This document shows, piece after piece, positions 1 through 9,215 of a DNA stretch of 43,563 nucleotides (positions within the stretch are counted from its first letter, which is position 1; each line of letters opens with the position of its first letter). The notes beneath the pieces were generated by a model that made no database searches, was not told the DNA's origin, and worked only from the letters and a program-made list of their open reading frames with translations. The stretch is taken from the UHGV virus genome UHGV-0327455; one strand, 5' to 3'. The DNA is from a virus. Position numbers and translations under genes: made by a program.

Positions 1-309
1 CTGTTACATATCCATGGCTTGCTTTCAACGCTGCCAGTGACTTTGACATGGTTTCCTGACTGCTGCAGTCTATTTCGTCTTCAACGATACCTTTTACAGC
101 CAGATCCTTTCCCTGGGTAAACGTAAGTGGATTGCAAAGACTTTCCAGCGGGATTACCAGAAGAACTGACGCTGCATCACGCTGGCCTGTTTTTAGAAAA
201 GTAGACTGCCTCACATCTTCCCAATAAACATCTTCAACCGGTATCCGGATGTATCGCATATCCTTGCCGCATTTGTGGTATAAATACAAGGTTACATCTG
301 CATTAGTAA
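1..309 (-). CDS. head-tail adaptor/head closure protein, N-terminal part (ORF runs off left edge; ATG at 313..311 overlaps upstream stop as TGATG)
   Basis: Own translation of minus strand 311->2 gives 104 codons with no stop (MFTNADVTLYLYHKCGKDMRYIRIPVEDVYWEDVRQ...ASHGYVT). It lies between a connector-like gene and the tail genes. It joins in frame with the partial ORF at the right window edge. Confidence 0.5.
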
Positions 310-312
310 ACA

Positions 313-684
313 TCAGCACACCCCCTGATAGCATAAACCGGTATTTTCCAGCCATTTCTTAACGATCTGGTTTTGCTTCCTTATGGCAGCTTCTGTTAAT
401 TCCTGCGAAGATCCATAGGAAGCCGAATAAGTTCCGATCTTTTCAGAAGTCTTTCCGGATGCATTTTTTTCCGTCTTTTCCTGCCGACAGATAACCTCTG
501 CCAGTTCACAGCAGCATAATTTTGCTTCTTCCGGAACATCTTCCATAATCGTCAGCCGTCCGAATGTATACTGATCCATGATCTGGCTTGCCTGTCTGGC
601 ATAAAAAGGAAAACCGGAGCTGATGGCCGCTTTCCTTCCAAGAAGATATTCATTTTTATAAAACTCTTCATCTGCATAAACCAT
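313..684 (-). CDS. head-tail connector / DNA-packaging (gp6/gp15-like) structural protein
   Basis: 123-aa ORF directly downstream of the major capsid gene, in late-operon synteny. The assignment is by position only. Confidence 0.45.
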   Translation of the reverse strand: MVYADEEFYKNEYLLGRKAAISSGFPFYARQASQIMDQYTFGRLTIMEDVPEEAKLCCCELAEVICRQEKTEKNASGKTSEKIGTYSASYGSSQELTEAAIRKQNQIVKKWLENTGLCYQGVC

Positions 685-705
685 CAGCTTTTTTCCTTTC
701 TTTTA

Positions 706-1899
706 TCACGCATTTTTGATAAGGGTTACATCCTTCGTTACTGCAGATGCAACCACCGTTACGGTCTCAGTGATCTGACTGTATCCGGTCTTTTTGATCT
801 TTGCCGGATATGTACCAGGTCGCAGGTTAAATACTGCTTCGCCTGACGCATTGGTCTTTAATCTGGATCCATTTACATCTACAATAGCACCTTCAATTGC
901 TTCCGGACTTCCTGCGTTATCCTTTACAGTAAAGGTTACAGTCTGAGTAGTTACCGGTGTTGCCGGTTCCAGATAAGCAAACGGGCAGCCTACACGGTCC
1001 TCATCCATTCTGGTTGCCGGATTTGGAAGAGCCCAACCCATACGAAATACAATACGCAGAGCTACCATATCCTGCTGAGCCAGGTTATAAACGATATCCT
1101 TAGTGATCGGATCCTGGATAACTCCCTGGTCAAGGATCTTTACAGTAACGTCCTGACGAATTGCATATACCGCCTGCTTAAAATCACCTACGATCAGCTG
1201 AGCAATGCTGTTATCATAAGCACCGTTCTGCGGGAAATACATAGGCGCACCGTCCAGTGCGTAATTAGTGGATCCCTGCATGTCGCTCTTAAAAATCGGT
1301 GTTCCGTCCGTTGCCTTGATGCCTCTTAACTTTGCTCTCATACCCATGGCTGCCAGAGCGCCAGTTGCCATGTAACCATCCTCTTCAACTTTGGAGATCA
1401 CGCCATTCTCTCCCAGAAGCAGGTTGTAATAATCCGGAGTAGATCCAGGTGCTACGTTGTTGCCTGCCTGACGTGCCAGGGTGATGATATCGTTCTGCCA
1501 TACTCTCGGGCGATTTACACCGAAGATGATCGCAGAGTCTACTCTCTGGCCGATTGCTTCATTTACTCTTGGAGTGATCTCACCAAAAATATCAAACTCC
1601 GCATCATCTAATACTGCCTCTGGGATCGGCACGATAACAGCCAGCTCAGCTGCATCCAGATATACGTTATCCCAAGCCTGGCGGCTGGTCTGTTTCATAC
1701 CAGTGTCACCATCCACCCAGTACGCAGTTGGGAGGAAATCCAATACACGGATCCTGGTCTGGTCACTGGTCATGTTTGGCAGCTTTCGTGCCATGCTCAT
1801 AAATACGGACTGCTTCGGTGCGTCCTGAAAAATGGTAGATACTACCTGTTCGCGGATGATTGCCTCCGCATCAGATCTGCTTGTAATATGTACTGGCAT
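706..1899 (-). CDS. major capsid protein (HK97-fold) with C-terminal Ig-like/carboxypeptidase-regulatory-like extension
   Basis: 397 aa, directly downstream of a coiled-coil scaffold gene. The C-terminal ~90 aa are beta-rich and Thr/Val-rich (TVTFTVKDNAGSPEAIEGAIVDVNGS...TGYSQITETVTV), typical of decoration/Ig-like domains. Confidence 0.75.
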   Translation of the reverse strand: MPVHITSRSDAEAIIREQVVSTIFQDAPKQSVFMSMARKLPNMTSDQTRIRVLDFLPTAYWVDGDTGMKQTSRQAWDNVYLDAAELAVIVPIPEAVLDDAEFDIFGEITPRVNEAIGQRVDSAIIFGVNRPRVWQNDIITLARQAGNNVAPGSTPDYYNLLLGENGVISKVEEDGYMATGALAAMGMRAKLRGIKATDGTPIFKSDMQGSTNYALDGAPMYFPQNGAYDNSIAQLIVGDFKQAVYAIRQDVTVKILDQGVIQDPITKDIVYNLAQQDMVALRIVFRMGWALPNPATRMDEDRVGCPFAYLEPATPVTTQTVTFTVKDNAGSPEAIEGAIVDVNGSRLKTNASGEAVFNLRPGTYPAKIKKTGYSQITETVTVVASAVTKDVTLIKNA

Positions 1900-1914
1900 A
1901 AATCAATTACCTCC

Positions 1915-2448
1915 TTATTCTCTTCCAAAAATACTTCTTAAGGCTTCATTTGCCCTTGTCTTTGTGTCCTCAGTTCCTTTACCGCCCGATCCAGGAGTAT
2001 AAGAAACCACTTTGGGTATCTGTGTGTCCTGAAACAAATAGGCATTGTCTTTCTTGACTGCCTCCAGAGCAGTTTTAATATCCGCTTCCTGGTTCTTGCT
2101 GGCTTTCAGCTTCTCTACATCCATGAATGGCATTACCGCTTTCAGATCACGGGGCTTGTACCCTTCTGCAGTAGTCTTTAAAAGATCATTAAAGTCACGA
2201 TCCGCAATCTGCTTCTGGTACTCCGCATCCTTGGCTGCCAGATCTGCGGTCAGCTTGATGACTTTTCCCTGCAAGTCCTGAACATTGACGCCCTCAAAGC
2301 TTTTCAGGGTTGTCTGGGCTGTATCCAACTGAGTCTTATAGTTATCTCTTTCTGTCTTTATGGCTTCAATATCCCTGCCATTCTCAGCCATAATGTTGTC
2401 CACCTGTTCCTTTGACAGGCCCATGTCCTCTAAAAATTTTCTCTTCAT
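1915..2448 (-). CDS. capsid scaffolding protein
   Basis: 177 aa, K/E/D-rich and coiled-coil-like. It sits immediately upstream of the major capsid gene. RBS is GGGAAAGGAAGAAA-ATG. Confidence 0.65.
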   Translation of the reverse strand: MKRKFLEDMGLSKEQVDNIMAENGRDIEAIKTERDNYKTQLDTAQTTLKSFEGVNVQDLQGKVIKLTADLAAKDAEYQKQIADRDFNDLLKTTAEGYKPRDLKAVMPFMDVEKLKASKNQEADIKTALEAVKKDNAYLFQDTQIPKVVSYTPGSGGKGTEDTKTRANEALRSIFGRE

Positions 2449-2718
2449 TTTCTTCCTTTCCCACTACGCTTTTTACGGGGTTGCTTCCCTTGTGCTGGTA
2501 GTTTTACGTCATTCCGGACAATTTTCTGCATAAAAATAACACGCATCTCTGCGTGCCTACTGCTCGATCTTATTACATTTGGTACACCGTCTTACATAAC
2601 CGCCATAAGGACCGGAAGCCCGGCTCCAGTGCTTGCGGTAGTGATGGCAACATTCTTTTTTCTTGAAAAACCTCTGCCAGATCCATGATATAAGTCCCGT
2701 AAGATCACCTTCTTTCAT

Positions 2719-2732
2719 TTGCGACGTCGCAA
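2719..2732. repeat. 14-bp perfect palindrome TTGCGACGTCGCAA (copy 1 of 6), immediately after the stop of the DUF4406-like gene
   Basis: Exact palindrome read directly from the sequence. The same 14-mer, or a 1-mismatch variant, recurs at 14138, 14666, 22492, 29923 and 31226. Confidence 0.9.
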
Positions 2733-3056
2733 TTATTCTTCATAAATCACGTCTAACCCATAAGCTATTGCGGCATCGTGTTCAATCCGACACCCTCTAG
2801 CCTTTTCCCAACCCTTGCAGAAATAAGCTGCATGGCAAAGGGACATATTTTCCAGACTTTTAGCAAGGAAACAAAGAGGTATCTGTACCACTCCACGTTC
2901 TTTCATCTTTTCATTGCTATACCATTCATCAGTAAACAGGGTGTTTACAATTTCATAACCTTTAGCTTCCAGTATCTTAATCGCCTGTTCCCTGGTTGCA
3001 ATAATCTCTTCATCTGTTTTTCCAGCCATGGGCTGACTAAGCATTGCTTTCTTCAT
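2733..3056 (-). CDS. DUF4406-like (nucleoside 2-deoxyribosyltransferase-fold) moron protein
   Basis: The N-terminus MLSQPMAGKTDEEI...LEAKGYEIVN matches the DUF4406 pattern (I.GPMTG....N...F......L...G..V.NP). A bidirectional terminator lies upstream and a 284-bp non-coding gap downstream, suggesting an independent unit inside the head operon. Confidence 0.5.
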   Translation of the reverse strand: MKKAMLSQPMAGKTDEEIIATREQAIKILEAKGYEIVNTLFTDEWYSNEKMKERGVVQIPLCFLAKSLENMSLCHAAYFCKGWEKARGCRIEHDAAIAYGLDVIYEE

Positions 3057-3091
3057 CTTCTTATCCTCTCTTTCTTAAAAATGGGCACAAA

Positions 3092-3125
3092 AATACCACC
3101 GGCCTACTGACTGGTGGTATTTTTT
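3092..3125. terminator. bidirectional rho-independent terminator (aataccacc-ggcctactgac-tggtggtatt flanked by A/T runs)
   Basis: 9-10 bp perfect stem with T-runs on both strands, seen directly in the sequence. Confidence 0.6.
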
Positions 3126-3274
3126 AACTTATTTCTGATTTTTTCTTTATAATCCTCAATTCCATTGTACTCATCCCAATTATATGGCGGAAATGGTGTG
3201 ACAAAAGTCTCTTTCCACTTTGCCCGAAGATTTTTCATTTCATCATCCGTTTTTAAGTACTGAATTAAGTCCAT
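3104..3274 (-). CDS. small hypothetical protein (56 aa; MDLIQYLKTDDEMKNLRAKWKETFVTPFPPYNWDEYNGIEDYKEKIRNKLKNTTSQ)
   Basis: Own translation. GAAGGA RBS about 9 nt upstream. Below the 60-aa ORF-track cutoff. The 3' end overlaps the terminator stem. Confidence 0.3.
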   Translation of the reverse strand: MDLIQYLKTDDEMKNLRAKWKETFVTPFPPYNWDEYNGIEDYKEKIRNKLKNTTSQ

Positions 3275-3309
3275 CTGAAACATCCTTCATAATGTTTTAA
3301 CAAATGGTA

Positions 3310-3489
3310 TCAATAATTATGCCATTTGCATTTCTTACAAATTGTTTCCCAATCGTCTTTTTTCTTAAATCGATCAGGAAGCTTATCTGCTTTTAAACGC
3401 CCATCAACTGCATCTACATTTTCGATACAATCAATATCCTCAATCATTTCATCCACAAGAGGACATTTTACGAATCTATCATCTTCCAT
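3310..3489 (-). CDS. small Cys-rich (zinc-ribbon-like) protein, 59 aa, translationally coupled to minor head gene
   Basis: Own translation: MEDDRFVKCPLVDEMIEDIDCIENVDAVDGRLKADKLPDRFKKKDDWETICKKCKWHNY. The start ATG overlaps the minor-head stop (ATGGAAGATGA). It has CP..DC...CKKC spacing. Missed by the ORF track because it is under 60 aa. Confidence 0.4.
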   Translation of the reverse strand: MEDDRFVKCPLVDEMIEDIDCIENVDAVDGRLKADKLPDRFKKKDDWETICKKCKWHNY

Positions 3490-5029
3490 GTCTCACTATC
3501 TCCAATGCTTTCAAAATGTTGTCAGAATACTCTTCCCGCTTAAATGCAGTACGGATAAATGCATCCGATGTTCTTACGTATGCAGCTCCATCTTCACTGT
3601 AGTACCGCTCGAACTGCCCCTTCCAGACGGTCTCTGAAAATGATGCCCGGCGGATAAAACCTTTTGCTTCGTCAAAAGTTACTTCATGCTGCCGTTCATC
3701 GTTAATGTGTTCGCTGTCAAAGCTGAGTTTTTCAAAATCCACTTTGCTCGGTTCAAGATTAATCTTTCCTCGGAAACCCAATTCCTTTAACTCTGATTTT
3801 ATTATAGCAATTCTCTTCCGTTTTTCAATAGCTTCCAGTTCTTCCTTGGTCGGATTAGCCTCGCCAACCTTCAACCGCTCCCTCTGCTGCCGCAGGCCCA
3901 TAGCCTTTGAAAATTCCACATAGGTCTTTTCTGTTAATCGCTTCCTGCATCTGGCAGCAGTCAGGTCATCTTTATCAGCTCTGGCCTTTTCCAGGAGCTT
4001 AATGTCCTGTTTCTGCTTCCGGATCGTGCGTTCCAGCTTCCGCTGATACTGCAGCGCCGCATATGTATCATACTCTTTACCATGAAAGGACTTCTTTTCA
4101 TTCTCTTTCCTGTTCTGCTCCACAAGCCACTCATCTGTGTATTTACGTTTTGAAATACCAGGAATAAAAGGAAAACGGATGTGGTAGCAGTTGATCCCAG
4201 CAAATCCCAGCATCTCTCCCAAACCACAGACAGTACGCATTTCAGCGGAGCTATATACTTTACCCTGCCAGCTTTGGTGGTTCATGTATCCAGTTCCTGT
4301 ATTACGGGCTCCTAAATGCCATTCAACTTCCCAGTAGTCCGTTCCCAGCTCTTTTGCGTTATGCTCATTCACCTTATCGGTCATCTGCGCAATGCCTGTC
4401 ATAACAGCTCTCCTGGCCGCCACCTCAATACGGTCCGACCTTCCTGATGCATAATCAACCACCCGAACGCCACTGGATGTCATCTCATCGATCACATCAC
4501 CGATTGCCTGGCTGTATGTCTTAGCGCCAGTAGTGATCTTCATCATGGCTTCATCTAAGCTGCGTTCCAGATACTCAGACATAGGAGTAAACACTTTTTT
4601 CCCGTTTCCCATTGGCACATTAAAACCGGTTGTCTTTGTGATATTTTCCATAGGCCTAAGACTATCCGTTGTCTGATCCTTTACTGCCTGCACCACCTGT
4701 TTTAGCCAGTCATTATCCTCATACGGGATCGCATCCATGCCTACAGCTTTGTAGATCTCACTATTTCTCACATAATCAGATCTTGCTGCAGTTTCATAGA
4801 TCTCATCAATATCGATCCCTGCAGTTTTTACACCTTCCCGTAGGATCTCTTTGATCCGCTTCTTACTCATGCCTATGGCAGTCATACGATTAAGCAGCCA
4901 ATCTGTCACCGGCGTGATCTGGGAACATTCCCGGATCCGGTTTACGACCTCTAACATGATATCCATTTCCAATGCTGTCATGGTACGTTCTAATGGCTTC
5001 GGCAACTTTTCAAGTTCTTCCGGCGTCAA
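3479..5029 (-). CDS. minor head protein (phage head morphogenesis, SPP1 gp7 / Mu F-like)
   Basis: 516 aa, directly downstream of the portal gene in canonical TerL-portal-MuF order. The C-terminal half is highly charged, as in gp7-family proteins. Confidence 0.7.
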   Translation of the reverse strand: MTPEELEKLPKPLERTMTALEMDIMLEVVNRIRECSQITPVTDWLLNRMTAIGMSKKRIKEILREGVKTAGIDIDEIYETAARSDYVRNSEIYKAVGMDAIPYEDNDWLKQVVQAVKDQTTDSLRPMENITKTTGFNVPMGNGKKVFTPMSEYLERSLDEAMMKITTGAKTYSQAIGDVIDEMTSSGVRVVDYASGRSDRIEVAARRAVMTGIAQMTDKVNEHNAKELGTDYWEVEWHLGARNTGTGYMNHQSWQGKVYSSAEMRTVCGLGEMLGFAGINCYHIRFPFIPGISKRKYTDEWLVEQNRKENEKKSFHGKEYDTYAALQYQRKLERTIRKQKQDIKLLEKARADKDDLTAARCRKRLTEKTYVEFSKAMGLRQQRERLKVGEANPTKEELEAIEKRKRIAIIKSELKELGFRGKINLEPSKVDFEKLSFDSEHINDERQHEVTFDEAKGFIRRASFSETVWKGQFERYYSEDGAAYVRTSDAFIRTAFKREEYSDNILKALEIVRHGR

Positions 5030-5034
5030 TCAGA

Positions 5035-6423
5035 TCACTCCTCTACGTTTGCTGGTTCAGGAAGGTTCTTCTGGGCCTCTTCCATTGTCTCCCCATACCA
5101 CTTGCTTCTGTACTCTGCCAAGCTCATTACACCCATGGCAACATCCGCACGATCCGTCTGACGGTCTGCCTCTGCATCCACTACAATGCTGTCATCCCAG
5201 TCAAAGGAAACCTGATAGTCATTGCCCGGTGGTACCAGACCGTACAAGGAAGCCCAAAAATTCATGGCATATACCAAATCTTCCAGAGCAGTCTGTAAAG
5301 CAAGCTGTGTATCTGACACAAAGGTATAGGAGCGCTGCTTGCTGGTCTTGATCTCCGTTGCTGTCTTATCCACATTCTGAGGATCCGAAAGCGTTCCATA
5401 AGCCAGACAGCAGGCAAACTCTATCAACTTCAACTGATTATTAAATCCATTGAATAATGCTGTATCCCGGATCTCCGGAGAAAATGTGTCTATAAAAGGC
5501 TTGTCTGATGCACCGGTGTTATACTCCACGTTGCGGTATAACCTGTCCTGGCCGCCTGGGTACTCAAACTTATCCAGGTCACGGTTATACTTAAGCATTG
5601 AAGTTGCCACATGCACTGCCAACTGCGTGCCCTCATACTCCCAGCAGATATTGGAATAACGCCTGTCTCCCTCTTTGATCAGCTCCACCGCTCTGGAATA
5701 TACGGATACTCCCAATGGGCTTCCCGTATCATCCGCATTTGCAAGTGGTACCTTAAAATACCCAAACAGAAGCCGATCGGCACCCTCCAGCACTGCTTCC
5801 GGCATTAATTCTGACCACCTATCCACTGCATTTACGCTGATCTCGCTTCCAAGGCTGTAGTCATTGGTTGCAACAAAGGCCCTGTTTGTGATCCGGATCT
5901 GTTCTCCCTGCAGCGTATGGACTTCCAATCTGGTATAGATCTTCTGTCCTTTCCGGAACTGCTCCGTAAACACACACTGTTGGATCTGGCCGGAGTCGTC
6001 AAAAGCAAGAGGGAAGAAACAGTCTGCCTGTACATACTGAATTGCAAGACCTGTTTTTGTAACATACGGTTTTAAAATCAAGCTGCCTTTCGCACATCCG
6101 TACTCCACATACCTGCGGATATTTTTCAGTACCTTTTTCTGATACTGATCATTCAGATAGGCTGCAGAAGAGCCTCCTGTTATCTCCGACTTCATTTCCA
6201 GGGTTACAAGCCTTGCAACTTCAGAGGCAATAGCCGCCGGCAGCTGCGCACTTTTCACTTTCTTCCGGTCTACCCATGGCGCATTATCCTCATACATGGC
6301 CGTCCATAACTCTATTCTTCGGGCCATTTCAGAAGTCATGCAAACATCAACCTGTGTATCCGAGTTCTGATTTAAAACCTGCGTGATCGCAGCCAGCATT
6401 TTAGAAAATTTCATTGTTATCAC
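5035..6423 (-). CDS. portal protein
   Basis: 462 aa, immediately downstream of TerL (ATGA overlap at 6423/6426). Size and position are typical of SPP1-type portals. Confidence 0.8.
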   Translation of the reverse strand: MITMKFSKMLAAITQVLNQNSDTQVDVCMTSEMARRIELWTAMYEDNAPWVDRKKVKSAQLPAAIASEVARLVTLEMKSEITGGSSAAYLNDQYQKKVLKNIRRYVEYGCAKGSLILKPYVTKTGLAIQYVQADCFFPLAFDDSGQIQQCVFTEQFRKGQKIYTRLEVHTLQGEQIRITNRAFVATNDYSLGSEISVNAVDRWSELMPEAVLEGADRLLFGYFKVPLANADDTGSPLGVSVYSRAVELIKEGDRRYSNICWEYEGTQLAVHVATSMLKYNRDLDKFEYPGGQDRLYRNVEYNTGASDKPFIDTFSPEIRDTALFNGFNNQLKLIEFACCLAYGTLSDPQNVDKTATEIKTSKQRSYTFVSDTQLALQTALEDLVYAMNFWASLYGLVPPGNDYQVSFDWDDSIVVDAEADRQTDRADVAMGVMSLAEYRSKWYGETMEEAQKNLPEPANVEE

Positions 6424-6425
6424 CT

Positions 6426-7691
6426 CTATTCGTACCGGATAAACCGGCTGATGTCCCGCTCAAATGTGTACTCAAAAGCATCCAGCGTATCAATATCACT
6501 GGTACCATCATCCAGTCGCACATCTTCCACAAGACTTTTCTTCTCGTCCCACAACGCCGTTGTCAGGGCATCTTCCAGGCTCTGGCACTGATCTTTTACA
6601 TAGAAAAAGCGGTGCTGGCTAAGCATCCGCTGCATAAATCGTATTCTGTCATTGATCGTTGTCTTCAAAGCATTCTCGATCCGGATCCACCCAAGCCCCG
6701 CCTTTCTGACTGCTGTTCTCAGGCCTGCGATCAACGTTTGTTCGGCACTATCACAGTAAACAACTGTAATAAATCCATACAGATTGATGATCTTCAGACA
6801 AAAGTCTACAAATAGTTCTCCCAGCTTATCCGGATCAATGCTGCCATTTACACTTATATGGCGTTCACTGGCAAGTACCGCAATGCTTTGATAAGCTCTG
6901 GAATATGCAGTGGCAACAAAGGCATGTCCTGATCCTGAACCACCAAAGTCAACGCCAATATTAATCTGTAAAAGGCTTTTGGGCTTCTCATAAATTGCAT
7001 ATGGGTTAATGCCTCCACTGGATGTCGCGTCACACATCAGTTTATACACAGAGCCTTCCGCAGCTACCCACAAACCACGGATGTACCGATCATACAGGAC
7101 CGTTCCTCTGTATTCCTTGCAAAGTTCATCCACAAATACCCGGCTAAGAAATGGATTATCGAAGATCTCATATTTCTGACAGTAAATGTCCGCATCAGAG
7201 TCTAGGAACTTTTTAAACCAATGCTGCGGAGCATCCGGGTTACAGGCCCCGTCAAAACAGGAATACGGCTTATCCAGACGGGATTTAAGCATGTTAAAGA
7301 CATCCGGGTTCCAGTCTACAACCTCATCACCATAACAATACTTTAGTGAAGAGCCTCTGATTTTAGATACCTGACTGACTTTCTCAGCACCCAGGCAGTA
7401 AACATCTTCTCCAAACATAGGGCAGATGTTTTGAGAATTAATATCACCTACCAGGTTGGCTCCCCAAATACGCTGCAACGGTTCAATGATGTTTCGCTGA
7501 ATCGTGCCCTTAGAAACGCCCAGGATCGCCACTAGACCCTCTTTTCCTCTCCTGGCACGAATTCTCTTAGGGATTACATAATAGTCCATATAGGTCTTTC
7601 CGGAACGTGTCGCACCAACCTTAACATTCCAACGGTGGTTTGCATTCTGGAAAAACTCCTGCTGTTTATCAGAAAATGGCATACTATACAA
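6426..7691 (-). CDS. terL: terminase large subunit
   Basis: 421 aa with an N-terminal Walker A (GATRSGKTY) and a C-terminal RNaseH-like nuclease region. It overlaps the TerS stop by 8 nt. Confidence 0.9.
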   Translation of the reverse strand: MYSMPFSDKQQEFFQNANHRWNVKVGATRSGKTYMDYYVIPKRIRARRGKEGLVAILGVSKGTIQRNIIEPLQRIWGANLVGDINSQNICPMFGEDVYCLGAEKVSQVSKIRGSSLKYCYGDEVVDWNPDVFNMLKSRLDKPYSCFDGACNPDAPQHWFKKFLDSDADIYCQKYEIFDNPFLSRVFVDELCKEYRGTVLYDRYIRGLWVAAEGSVYKLMCDATSSGGINPYAIYEKPKSLLQINIGVDFGGSGSGHAFVATAYSRAYQSIAVLASERHISVNGSIDPDKLGELFVDFCLKIINLYGFITVVYCDSAEQTLIAGLRTAVRKAGLGWIRIENALKTTINDRIRFMQRMLSQHRFFYVKDQCQSLEDALTTALWDEKKSLVEDVRLDDGTSDIDTLDAFEYTFERDISRFIRYE

Positions 7692-8391
7692 CCCCTTTGA
7701 TCTCGCTAAGAACCTGATCCAGACGGCTCAGCTCCTCTTCGTTGTCGGTCCCCTTAAGTTTATCCGTCTGGGCCTTGATCTGAGCTATGCGGGCTTTCTG
7801 TTCATCACTGGCAAGATCCCAGCGTTTGTGCAATAACTCATCATACTGTTTAACCAGGCTGCGAAGCTCCGACTGTGCCCTAGCCTGGGCCTGTAGGAAT
7901 TTTCCCTGCTTGTCCCAGGCATGCTGTACCTCCCAGCGTTCTCCGATTATGTTGCCGTCCTTATGCTCAATCTTTTCGATTGTCTTATCATCCCGGTCAC
8001 GCACATACATAATTTGTTGCGCCCGGATAATAGCAGCATAAGCAATCTGGATCTGATCCCAGAGGACATCCAGCGGATCTGTCGGCATCTCCTGGATAAT
8101 AGAAACGGTCTCCTCAGGCAAATACTTGCTGAAGAAACCGAATTTTTCTGCTTTCTTATTTCCCGGAGGTCCGCCAGAACTATTATGGTTTCCTGGCTGA
8201 GCGCCCCGTTTACGTTTTTGTGAACGCTCGTTTTTCTTATCCGAACGTTCGTTATCCCATTTATGCGTACACTTCCAACGACGGACCGTCCCTTCCGGCA
8301 GATTTAGTTGACTTGCAATCTCAACCAATTTCTCCCCTTCCAGATACATGGCCTTCGCCTGTTCTATTCTTGGATCCGGCGCTCTGGCCAT
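7684..8391 (-). CDS. terS: terminase small subunit (HTH N-terminus)
   Basis: 235 aa with an N-terminal HTH (LVEIASQLNLPEGTVRRW). It lies directly upstream of TerL. RBS is AAAGAGAGGTGATCGGAC-ATG. Confidence 0.75.
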   Translation of the reverse strand: MARAPDPRIEQAKAMYLEGEKLVEIASQLNLPEGTVRRWKCTHKWDNERSDKKNERSQKRKRGAQPGNHNSSGGPPGNKKAEKFGFFSKYLPEETVSIIQEMPTDPLDVLWDQIQIAYAAIIRAQQIMYVRDRDDKTIEKIEHKDGNIIGERWEVQHAWDKQGKFLQAQARAQSELRSLVKQYDELLHKRWDLASDEQKARIAQIKAQTDKLKGTDNEEELSRLDQVLSEIKGVV

Positions 8392-8447
8392 GTCCGATCA
8401 CCTCTCTTTCGTCGGTTTTGGGTATAGAAAAGGGATGAACATATCTT

Positions 8448-8909
8448 CTATGTATTTCCCATATGCGCTTCATCAATAACAGAATACAATTCTGATATCA
8501 TTTTGTGAATTTCTAAAAACACCCCAGCTTGTTCTTCTGGTTCCAAATTTCTATTTCCACAATTCATTATATAATCTTCTATTTTTTGAGTTATCTCTTT
8601 TAACTTATTATAAAATGACTTATTGGAGTACTTAAAATAAAGAGCGTCTCTCCTCATATCAGTTAACACATTAACCAGTTCATTTGTATCAACTAATCGA
8701 TCATTCTGAAATCGGATATATTTTCTAGCTGCTGGTATCTTTTCAATAAGGTACGCATCAAAAATTTTATTATAATAGTTAGATTTTAATGTTATCTCGC
8801 TTATTCTTTTAGCCTGATTATAGTTTAATCTAAAAATAACAACTGTAACAAGCATAGAAATAACGGCAATTACTGCTGATGCTAATGTGATTTTTTCCTG
8901 TATAGTCAA
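8448..8909 (-). CDS. small membrane protein (N-terminal TM helix), third gene of AT-rich cassette
   Basis: 153 aa with a TTG start 10 nt after a GGAGG RBS. It has a hydrophobic helix (LASAVIAVISMLVTVVIF) and then a soluble K/N/Y-rich domain. Very low GC, unlike the flanks. Confidence 0.55.
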   Translation of the reverse strand: MTIQEKITLASAVIAVISMLVTVVIFRLNYNQAKRISEITLKSNYYNKIFDAYLIEKIPAARKYIRFQNDRLVDTNELVNVLTDMRRDALYFKYSNKSFYNKLKEITQKIEDYIMNCGNRNLEPEEQAGVFLEIHKMISELYSVIDEAHMGNT

Positions 8910-8925
8910 TTATTTTTTCCTCCAT

Positions 8926-9210
8926 CTATTCTAATTTTTTTAATATACTTTGTGATAATGCACTATTTGCCGTTTTTACCTTAGCGTGTTTTTCAGTTTG
9001 TAATAATCCAATTTGACCTACGATTTCAGAAAAAAAGCCTTGCACAAACGAAGAAGCTATTCCAATTATATGGTCCGGAAAAATTATCTCAAAATCTCTT
9101 GATAAATCTAGTCTTCCTTTTACTTGCTTATCATAAATTTCAATTCCAAATTCATACCCTGCTAAATTAGAAATATCCATTTTTAAGTTTAATATGACTT
9201 TATTTTCCAT
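8926..9210 (-). CDS. STAS-like (DUF4325-type) small protein, second gene of AT-rich cassette
   Basis: 94 aa. The motif GRLDLSRDFEIIFPDHIIGIASSFVQGFFSEIVGQIG resembles the STAS/DUF4325 pattern (DLSGV.FI.SSFL..L.G.L). It starts 5 nt after the stop of the GHKL gene with an AAGGGA RBS. Confidence 0.5.
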   Translation of the reverse strand: MENKVILNLKMDISNLAGYEFGIEIYDKQVKGRLDLSRDFEIIFPDHIIGIASSFVQGFFSEIVGQIGLLQTEKHAKVKTANSALSQSILKKLE

Positions 9211-9215
9211 AGTCT

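Noticed and set aside
2559-2718. 53-aa CCHH/CxxC ORF starting immediately after palindrome copy 1 (minus strand)
   Set aside because: The ATG directly abuts the palindrome with no RBS, and the region looks like a regulatory spacer. I treat it as non-coding, with low certainty.
1481-7691. Numerous 60-170-aa plus-strand ORFs antisense to capsid, portal, terminase and minor-head genes (e.g. 1481..1828, 4851..5351, 6414..6815, 7921..8223)
   Set aside because: They are embedded in long, motif-supported minus-strand genes. They lack RBSs and have Ser/Leu/Arg-rich, stop-avoiding composition typical of antisense frames.
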